Below, one piece after another: positions 57,776 to 64,000 of a stretch of 64,000 nucleotides of DNA (position 1 is its first letter; every line of letters begins with the position of its first letter). Made by a program: the position numbers and the translations under genes. Below the pieces are notes generated by a model. It searched no databases and had not been told where the DNA came from. It was given only the letters and a program-made list of their open reading frames with translations. The DNA is from an uncultured Christensenella sp. (lineage in GTDB: Bacteria > Bacillota > Clostridia > Christensenellales > Borkfalkiaceae): positions 4,386-68,385 of the forward strand of contig CAJUME010000003.1 of NCBI GenBank assembly GCA_910587015.1, read 5' to 3'.

Positions 57776-57968
57776 AAACATACACCTTGGTTAAGCGGGC
57801 GGGTCAACCGTTTCCGCTATATATCTATTAATAATCGTACTAACTTATTTTAATATAATTGCCCTTTTATAGCAAGCAAAAACGCTTAAATCGGGCAAAA
57901 AAATTTATTATTTTTCATCTAATTGCAAAAACTTTTATCAAAGGATATTCGAAATCGGATTTTTGTAT

Positions 57969-58331
57969 ATGAAAATGAATAAAAGTTCACTCAAAAGAGT
58001 GTTTGCGGGTCTATTGACAGGCATAGTCAACGGCCTTTTCGGCGGCGGCGGGGGAATGGTGGTTGTCCCGCTTATGAAAAATATGCTCGGCTACGAGGAA
58101 AAGTACGCCCACGCCACGGCAATACTCGTAATCGCGCCCGTCTGCGCGGCAAGCCTTGTAACCTACATTGTCAACGGCTATTTTTCTGCGGAGGTAATCC
58201 TTCCCGCGGCAATCGGCTCGGTCGCGGGCGGGCTTGTCGGCGCCGAGCTTTTAGATAAGCTGCCGGAGTTCTGGGTGAACGCAGTATTTCTTGCGGTTAT
58301 GCTTGCGGCGGGCATAAGAATGTTGTTTTAG
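57969..58331 (+). CDS. TSUP (TauE/SafE) family transporter, N-terminal 4-TM half
   Basis: ..GIVNGLFGGGGGMVVVPLM.. signature, ~4 TM helices, ends TAG 58329-58331. Start uncertain (TTG 57963 / ATG 57969 / ATG 57975). Confidence 0.65.
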   Translation: MKMNKSSLKRVFAGLLTGIVNGLFGGGGGMVVVPLMKNMLGYEEKYAHATAILVIAPVCAASLVTYIVNGYFSAEVILPAAIGSVAGGLVGAELLDKLPEFWVNAVFLAVMLAAGIRMLF

Positions 58332-58351
58332 TTGTTTTTCGGAGGTTGAAT

Positions 58352-58726
58352 TTGAGCTTTATTTTATATCTGCTTGCGGGCTTTTTTTCGGGAATGCTCG
58401 GCGGCATGGGCATGGGCGGCGGCACGATTTTAATTCCCGCGCTGACAATACTATTCGGTGTCGAACAGCATATAGCGCAGGCAACCAATTTAATAGCCTT
58501 TCTGCCTATGGCGGCGTTCAGCCTTAGGGTGCATAAGGATAAGGGCAACCTCAAAACGCAGGGGGTGTGGTGGATTGTCGTGCCTGCGGTTTTAACCTCG
58601 GTCGCGGGCGGACTTGCCGCCTCGCTTTTGCCCGCTGCCGTGTTAAGGAAGCTTTTCGGTGCGTTTTTGGTGTTTCTGGCGTTGAAGGGCGTGCTTTCCC
58701 TGAAATTTCCCGCAAAAAAATTATAA
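58352..58726 (+). CDS. TSUP (TauE/SafE) family transporter, C-terminal 4-TM half
   Basis: ..GFFSGMLGGMGMGGGTILIPAL.. signature, ~4 TM helices. GGAGG (58341-58345) then TTG 58346 or TTG 58352. No ATG start. Confidence 0.6.
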   Translation: MSFILYLLAGFFSGMLGGMGMGGGTILIPALTILFGVEQHIAQATNLIAFLPMAAFSLRVHKDKGNLKTQGVWWIVVPAVLTSVAGGLAASLLPAAVLRKLFGAFLVFLALKGVLSLKFPAKKL

Positions 58727-58729
58727 GCA

Positions 58730-58766
58730 AAGCCGCCCCTCGGGATAAATTCCCGAGGGGCGGCTT
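58730..58766. terminator. GC-rich hairpin between convergent genes (no clear U-tract)
   Basis: AAGCCGCCCCTCGGGA / TCCCGAGGGGCGGCTT, 16-bp arms. Confidence 0.55.
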
Positions 58767-58802
58767 AATATGCGGCTTGTTTTTATGCGCCGCAAAGCGG
58801 AA

Positions 58803-60335
58803 TTATTTCGAAATAAGCTTTTTAAAGGGCTTTAAGGTGAACATTTCCATTGCGTAAAGTATTCCGCCCGTAAACGCAAGCATCAGCGGAGCGCAGATAA
58901 GTATCTGTAACACCTCCGAAACATATCTTTGCAGAATTCCGTTCAGCAGCCACCCGAACATACACGCAACTGCGGAAACAAGTATGCTCCTTACCGTGTA
59001 TTTGATATAGTCTATGCCGTCGCACTTCTTTTTCAAAAGCCTCAAATTAAGCGCCGCGGTCACAAGCTGCGCCAGCGCAAGCCCGACTATGTACGAATAA
59101 ATTCCGAGGAATTTGGTAAGCCCCGCTATCGAAGCAAGCATAAGTATCGCGCCTATGCAAAAGTAAATAAGCGTCCTTTTTTCGCAGTTCATCGAGTTCA
59201 ATACGGTGTTCGTAATCATTGTTATGCACATCGGCAGCATTATGAACGCGCTTATCATAACAATCTCTCCGCAAAGCTCGTTGTCGTACAGTAAAATACT
59301 AATCGCCTTGCCCAGAACAAACATTATCGGCATCAACAGCGTAGCTATAAAAATCGCCGCCTTTACCGTCTTTTCAACGTCGTGCTTAACGGCTTTTGTC
59401 TTGTTTTTGTAATAGTTTTCCGAAAGCTCGGGCGCAACAACAACCGCAATCGAGCCTATAAGCGTGTTGGGAATAAACAGCATAGGCACAGCCATACCCA
59501 TAGCCACGCCGTAAAGCGCAATCGCCTCCGAGTTGGTGTAGCCGCAAAGATTAATCAGCAACGCGGGCAAAATAACCGCCACGGCGGAGTTTAGCAGCGA
59601 GGTAGAGGTGCGCATCGCCGTAATGGGCGCAGAGGAGGAAATAAGCGGCTTAAGCTGTTTTTTGGGGCTTACAAACCGCCCGCCCTTTTTAAAGTACCAG
59701 AACAGCGAAACCAAAAACGAGAACACATAGGACACTAGAACGGCTATAACGGCCATCCTTGCGCCGTAAACGGGGTCCTTACAGCCGAAAATAAGCGCAA
59801 TGCCCACGCATACCATAACGGCGTCCTCCAAAAGCTCGATAACCGAGTACGCAAGGAACTGCTTACTTCCCCAGAACGAGCCGCGTATAACGGCGTAGAC
59901 GGAGGTCAGCACAAGCCCCGGCAATAGGATTATAAAAATGTCGGTGCAACGGCTGTCGGAAAAAAGAAAGCCGAAAATGTTTCTGCCGAAGAACAGAATA
60001 AGCGCAATGGGTATGGTTAGCATAAGTGTGCACAAAACTCCCGCGGTAACCGCGGAGTGCCTGCCGTGAATGTCGCCGGTGGCGCGGCTTTTTGCCATAA
60101 GGCGGGATACCGTAACGGGCACCCCGCTTGACGCAACCGTTAAAAACACCGCGAAAACCGTAAGGCAAATCTGGTAAATTCCCAGCCCCTCGGCACCTAT
60201 GCTTCTTGTCAAAATTATGCGGTAAATAAAGCTTAAACCCTTTTCCACGGTGGAAAAAACGGTAACCATTGCCGCCGATTTGTAAATATTTTGCTTTTTT
60301 TCTTTTTTCAAACGCTTTGCTTTTAATGCTTTCAT
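58803..60335 (-). CDS. MOP-superfamily polysaccharide/lipid II flippase (SpoVB/MurJ-like)
   Basis: 510 aa, ~14 TM helices, N-terminal ..VEKGLSFIYRIILTRSIGAEGLGIYQ.. typical of SpoVB-type flippases. GGGGAAGGA SD. Confidence 0.7.
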   Translation of the reverse strand: MKALKAKRLKKEKKQNIYKSAAMVTVFSTVEKGLSFIYRIILTRSIGAEGLGIYQICLTVFAVFLTVASSGVPVTVSRLMAKSRATGDIHGRHSAVTAGVLCTLMLTIPIALILFFGRNIFGFLFSDSRCTDIFIILLPGLVLTSVYAVIRGSFWGSKQFLAYSVIELLEDAVMVCVGIALIFGCKDPVYGARMAVIAVLVSYVFSFLVSLFWYFKKGGRFVSPKKQLKPLISSSAPITAMRTSTSLLNSAVAVILPALLINLCGYTNSEAIALYGVAMGMAVPMLFIPNTLIGSIAVVVAPELSENYYKNKTKAVKHDVEKTVKAAIFIATLLMPIMFVLGKAISILLYDNELCGEIVMISAFIMLPMCITMITNTVLNSMNCEKRTLIYFCIGAILMLASIAGLTKFLGIYSYIVGLALAQLVTAALNLRLLKKKCDGIDYIKYTVRSILVSAVACMFGWLLNGILQRYVSEVLQILICAPLMLAFTGGILYAMEMFTLKPFKKLISK

Positions 60336-60417
60336 TCAGATGTCCTTCCCCAATATTCTACAAATTTCTCGGCGGTTTTATGAACAAAAAAATTTTTTAG
60401 TGCGTATAATATACCAA

Positions 60418-60702
60418 ATGTTTACGCTTGTAACGGAAAAAAGCAGATTTTTCAGGATTAAACGCGGTCAAAGCGGCGAGGAGGTGGAAAAATTTTTCCT
60501 CACCCCCGTCGGCGGCGCGGCGTTTGCTGGCAGGATTATAGAGGTAAAAAGAAATCTTTCCGTGCATATCGCCGCCGTAGGCGACACCTACCGCACAATC
60601 GCGGCGGCAACGGGCTGCGGAGAGGCGGCTTTAAGGGAATTAAACGGCGCAAAGCCCGTCTATCCCACCTGCAAAATTTTTTATCCCCGTAAAAATAATT
60701 AG
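60418..60702 (+). CDS. Small LysM-like domain protein
   Basis: ..HIAAVGDTYRTIAAATGCGEAALRELNG.. LysM-like. Start uncertain (ATG 60418 lies 7 nt after TATAAT 60405-60410; ATG 60340 would abut the divergent gene). Confidence 0.45.
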   Translation: MFTLVTEKSRFFRIKRGQSGEEVEKFFLTPVGGAAFAGRIIEVKRNLSVHIAAVGDTYRTIAAATGCGEAALRELNGAKPVYPTCKIFYPRKNN

Positions 60703-60791
60703 CGGCTTGCAAGGCGATTTTTTGCGCCTTGCACGGCTTAAAGGCGGAAAACATATAAATATAATACATAACAAAAAACAAGGAGGAAATT

Positions 60792-61448
60792 ATGTCGTTT
60801 TTTTCCAATTTCCAGTCGGATAAATGTCCCGGAACAATAAGCGGCAACCCGCTTAACGGAATGTGCGAAAAGGTCTGCATTCAGGCGCAGAAAATCTTTG
60901 ACGCGTGCATAAAACAGATTCAGATTGAAAACTACACGCTCACCTTAACGGACGCCGTCCCCGCGGAACCTACATATCCTTTGACCTTCATAAGCGCAAG
61001 GTCGCTCGGCTCTACGGGCAATATCACAAGCATCAATATCGAAAGGCTTGCGGATAAGCCCAATTGTGCAAGAGTGCAGGCTACGGTATCCATTCCCGTA
61101 GAGGTGCTGTATACCGACGCAAACGGCGTGGAAGGGGTGGCGCAGTCCACAATCAGCGTGTCAGAGGACGTTCTGCTGTTCGTGCCCGCTCCGTCGATTA
61201 TGCCCTACCGCGCCACAGCCGAAGCCTCTGCCGTATGCGCCGAGGGCAGGTTCAATGCGGATACCAACACCTTCACGGTCAACGCGTGCCTTACCGTAAT
61301 TTTAAAGATTGCTATAGACGTCGAAATTCTGGTACCCAGCTACGGCTATTGCGCAATACCGCCCGCACAGGATTACTCTCAGGAGGTATGCGCGGGGTTC
61401 TTCGAGCTGCCGCTTTACCCTCAGGGCAAAAGCTGTTCCAAGCAGTAG
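60792..61448 (+). CDS. Hypothetical Cys-containing protein (possibly spore-associated)
   Basis: 218-aa ORF with strong SD AAGGAGGAA. ..CEKVCIQAQKIFDACIKQ.. No motif recognised. Confidence 0.55.
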   Translation: MSFFSNFQSDKCPGTISGNPLNGMCEKVCIQAQKIFDACIKQIQIENYTLTLTDAVPAEPTYPLTFISARSLGSTGNITSINIERLADKPNCARVQATVSIPVEVLYTDANGVEGVAQSTISVSEDVLLFVPAPSIMPYRATAEASAVCAEGRFNADTNTFTVNACLTVILKIAIDVEILVPSYGYCAIPPAQDYSQEVCAGFFELPLYPQGKSCSKQ

Positions 61449-61467
61449 CCCGCTTGCTTAAAAAATT

Positions 61468-61498
61468 ACGCCTTTCCGTCACGGAGGGGCGTTTTTTA
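61468..61498 (+). terminator. Rho-independent terminator
   Basis: ACGCCTTTCCGT..ACGGAGGGGCGT followed by TTTTTT. Confidence 0.75.
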
Positions 61499-61645
61499 TG
61501 TTTTATTTTTGCAATTTCAAGCATTTATACAGTACTATGTCACGCATAATAAGTGATTTAATAAACATAATTAACTAAATTGTCTATTTATTTTTACTTA
61601 TCAAAAACACTTTAAAAACGCCTTAAAATATGGTAAAATGCTGTT

Positions 61646-62341
61646 ATGAATGTTTTTTCGATTAGCGATTTGCATCTTTCGGGCTGTACCGACAAGCCTA
61701 TGAATATCTTCGGCGCGGGCTGGGAGGGTCATCTCGAAAAAATAAAAGCAGACTGGCAAAGCAGGGTTTCCGACGACGATATCGTACTGCTGTGCGGCGA
61801 CACAAGCTGGGGCACCGTGCTTGAAGAGGGGCTTTTCGATTTGCGTTCGCTTACCGGCCTAAAAGGCAAAAAGGTATTTATCCGCGGCAATCACGACTAT
61901 TGGTGGAACGGCATAACAAAGCTTCGGCAGTCCGCACCGGACGAAAGCTTTTACTTCCTTCAAAACGACTGCGTTAAGTTCGGAAATATAATAATCTGCG
62001 GCTCGCGCGGGTGGACGTGCCCCGGCAGCGCGGACTATACCGAAAACGATTTAAGGCTTTACAAGCGCGAGGCAGAGCGCTTCAAGCTCTGCTTTAACGA
62101 GGTAAACAAGCTAAGGCAAGAGGGCGACAGACTTCTTGTCATGATACATTATCCGCCCTTCGCGCCCAAGCTTCCCGAAACAGATTTTACAAGACTTTTC
62201 GAGGAAAACAAGGCGGAAAAGGTAGTATTCGGGCATATCCACGGAGAAACCTATTTCCCGTTCAGAACGGTGAAAAACAATATAGAATACATTCTCACCT
62301 CATGCGACAAGGTTGGTTTTTCCCTTCAAAGAATTTTATAA
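61646..62341 (+). CDS. Calcineurin-like metallophosphoesterase
   Basis: ..ISDLHL.., ..CGDTSW.., ..RGNHDYWW.., ..GHIHG.. motif series. Confidence 0.8.
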   Translation: MNVFSISDLHLSGCTDKPMNIFGAGWEGHLEKIKADWQSRVSDDDIVLLCGDTSWGTVLEEGLFDLRSLTGLKGKKVFIRGNHDYWWNGITKLRQSAPDESFYFLQNDCVKFGNIIICGSRGWTCPGSADYTENDLRLYKREAERFKLCFNEVNKLRQEGDRLLVMIHYPPFAPKLPETDFTRLFEENKAEKVVFGHIHGETYFPFRTVKNNIEYILTSCDKVGFSLQRIL

Positions 62342-62359
62342 TACGGCTTTTCAAACGCT

Positions 62360-62388
62360 TTACAACCGCATAGCCGTTGTGATATAAT
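62360..62388 (+). promoter_or_regulatory. Sigma-A promoter of the pyr operon
   Basis: TTACAA (62360-62365) - 17 nt - TGa-TATAAT (62383-62388). Confidence 0.65.
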
Positions 62389-62471
62389 TCAAAGCGTTAA
62401 AAACGTAAAGGGTAAACTGCAAATGATTAATTTCACGGCCTGCCCCGTAACAAAAACTTAAAATTACTAAA

Positions 62472-62517
62472 AAGCGGAAGGATGACCTGATTAGGGCGTC
62501 TTTACCGCTTATTTTTT
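62472..62517 (+). terminator. Leader terminator (attenuator candidate) upstream of pyrB
   Basis: AAGCGG (62472-62477) ... CCGCTT (62505-62510) with an imperfect extended stem, followed by ATTTTTT, 18 nt before the pyrB ATG. Confidence 0.55.
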
Positions 62518-62534
62518 AAATTCAGGAAAAAAAT

Positions 62535-63464
62535 ATGTTAAAAAACAAGGATTTGCTCGGACTTCAATATTGCTCCGCAGAGGAGATAACGGAAATTTTG
62601 GACGGCGCTGTGGAAATGAAAAAATTTCTCTGCGGCAAGGCACGTAAATCAAACCTTCTTGCGGGCAGGTCGCTGGTCACGCTTTTCTACGAAAACAGCA
62701 CCAGAACGCGCTCCTCGTTCGAGCTTGCTGGCAAGCTTTTGGGCGCAAGCGAGGTGAATATTTCCTCGGCGGCAAGCTCGGTGCAGAAGGGGGAAACGCT
62801 TATTGACACGGGCGAAACGCTGGACGCAATGAAGGTGGATTACATTGTTATCCGTCACCCCATGGCGGGCGCGCCGAAATTGCTTGCCGAGCACGTCAGG
62901 GCAAGCGTCATAAACGGCGGCGACGGCATGCACGAGCACCCCACGCAGGCGCTTCTGGATATGTTCACTATGCGCGAAAAATTCGGCTTCCTCAACGGTC
63001 TTAAGGTTGCGATTCTGGGCGATTTGAAGCACAGCAGAGTAGCAATGAGCAACGCCTTCGGACTGAATAAATTCGGCGCAAGGGTTTATGCATACGCTCC
63101 CGCAACAATGGTTCCCAAGGCTTTCGAGCGCCTCGGCGTAACGGTCGCAAAAAGCCGCGAGGAGGCTGTCGAGGGCGCGGACGTAGTTATGGGGCTCAGA
63201 ATTCAGCTGGAAAGACAGAACGGCGGACTTTTCCCCTCGCTTTCCGAATACTCCAAATTCTACGGCGTAAACGATGATGTTTTAAAGCTTGCAAAAAAGA
63301 ACGCAATCGTCCTTCACCCCGGCCCCGTAAACCGCGGGGTAGAGCTCTCGCCTCAGGTCATAGACGGCGAAAAAAGTCTGATTTTAGAGCAGGTTACAAA
63401 CGGCGTTGCAGTGCGTATGTCAATACTTAACCTGCTTGCGCAGTATCGGGAGAAAAATTTATGA
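62535..63464 (+). CDS. pyrB: Aspartate carbamoyltransferase catalytic subunit
   Basis: ..[13 protein letters not shown].., ..HPTQALLD.., ..HPGPVNRG.. ATCase motifs. 309 aa. Confidence 0.93.
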   Translation: MLKNKDLLGLQYCSAEEITEILDGAVEMKKFLCGKARKSNLLAGRSLVTLFYENSTRTRSSFELAGKLLGASEVNISSAASSVQKGETLIDTGETLDAMKVDYIVIRHPMAGAPKLLAEHVRASVINGGDGMHEHPTQALLDMFTMREKFGFLNGLKVAILGDLKHSRVAMSNAFGLNKFGARVYAYAPATMVPKAFERLGVTVAKSREEAVEGADVVMGLRIQLERQNGGLFPSLSEYSKFYGVNDDVLKLAKKNAIVLHPGPVNRGVELSPQVIDGEKSLILEQVTNGVAVRMSILNLLAQYREKNL

Positions 63465-64000
63465 ATATACTGATAAAAAACGGCACGCTTGTGCTTAAAG
63501 ATAAGGAAATAAAAGCCGATTTGCTTGCGGAAAACGGCAAAATTGCAAAAATTGCCGAAAAAATATCCCTTCCCGCAAGCTCTGCGGATTGCGTGGTTAT
63601 CGATGCAAAGGGCAAGCATATAGTAGCGGGAATAATCGATATGCACGTTCATTTGCGCGAGCCGGGCTACGAGGGCAAGGAGGACATTGCAAGCGGTTGC
63701 CGCGCGGCGGTTGCGGGCGGAGTTACGCAGGTCTGCTGTATGCCCAACACTAACCCCGTCTGCGACAATGCGGTTGTCGTATCCTACATAAAAACCCGCG
63801 CACAAGAGGTTGATTTGTGCAAGGTAATGCCCATAGGCGCAATCACCCGCGGGCAAAACGGCGAAGGGCTTGCGGATATAGGCAAAATGAAGGCGGCGGG
63901 CGCGGTCGCAATCAGCGACGACGGCAAATCCGTTTCAAATTCGTACATTATGCGCCTTGCAATGGAGTACGCAAACGACTTTAATTTAAAATGCCTTTGC
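63461..64000 (+). CDS. pyrC: Dihydroorotase (3' end outside window)
   Basis: My translation from ATG 63461 (ATGA overlap with pyrB stop): [37 protein letters not shown].. Open to the window end. Confidence 0.85.
   Translation, partial: MNILIKNGTLVLKDKEIKADLLAENGKIAKIAEKISLPASSADCVVIDAKGKHIVAGIIDMHVHLREPGYEGKEDIASGCRAAVAGGVTQVCCMPNTNPVCDNAVVVSYIKTRAQEVDLCKVMPIGAITRGQNGEGLADIGKMKAAGAVAISDDGKSVSNSYIMRLAMEYANDFNLKCLC

Noticed and set aside
57782-57962. Invertible promoter (phase variation) upstream of the giant lipoprotein gene and other surface-protein genes
   Set aside because: No convincing long inverted repeats flank the promoter regions, and no invertase or recombinase gene lies in the window.
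62389-62534. PyrR-binding attenuator upstream of pyrB
   Set aside because: A terminator is present but I could not find the ..UCCAGAGAGG..-type PyrR loop. It is reported instead as an unexplained attenuator candidate.
1-64000. CRISPR arrays, tRNA/rRNA genes, IS elements, integrases, prophage or known defence-system genes
   Set aside because: None was recognised in any ORF translation or intergenic region. The only repeats seen are coding tandem repeats in surface proteins and the small spacer repeat in pflB.

Overview
This 64-kb window looks like chromosome from a spore-forming Clostridia-class Firmicute, probably gut-associated. All calls rest on reading the ORF translations and intergenic sequence by eye; no searches were run.

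Most of the window is core housekeeping:
- mcsA-mcsB-clpC
- cwlD / mrnC-rlmB-sigH
- dnaX-ybaB-recR-gpsA
- typA
- yabP-yabQ-divIC
- gyrB-gyrA
- serS
- pyrB-pyrC

Interspersed accessory genes:
- two giant repeat surface proteins
- a BspA-type LRR protein
- an InlB-B-repeat/GLUG lipoprotein
- an M60-like (enhancin-type) metalloprotease
- a bile-salt-hydrolase-family Ntn hydrolase
- several orphan ORFs

I saw no tRNA/rRNA genes, CRISPR array, transposase, integrase, phage genes or recognisable defence system.

The most interesting locus is pflA-pflB (17.5-21 kb):
- Two NrdR-box-like palindromes sit in tandem just upstream of a consensus promoter.
- A ZTP (pfl-motif) riboswitch with an overlapping terminator follows in the leader.
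- PFL itself is split. A 675-aa catalytic barrel ORF and a separate 77-aa glycyl-radical-domain ORF are divided by a 143-bp spacer. Within it, a 123-bp segment bounded by a 10-bp inverted repeat is followed by a Shine-Dalgarno (SD) site and ATG for the second ORF.

Other points worth a look:
- a translationally coupled NifU-like + GGGtGRT gene pair of unknown function
- a TSUP/TauE transporter encoded as two 4-TM half genes
- a 1.48-k-aa lipoprotein that also carries a C-terminal TM anchor
- mcsAB-clpC without ctsR or a CtsR box
- a pyrB leader terminator without a recognisable PyrR site
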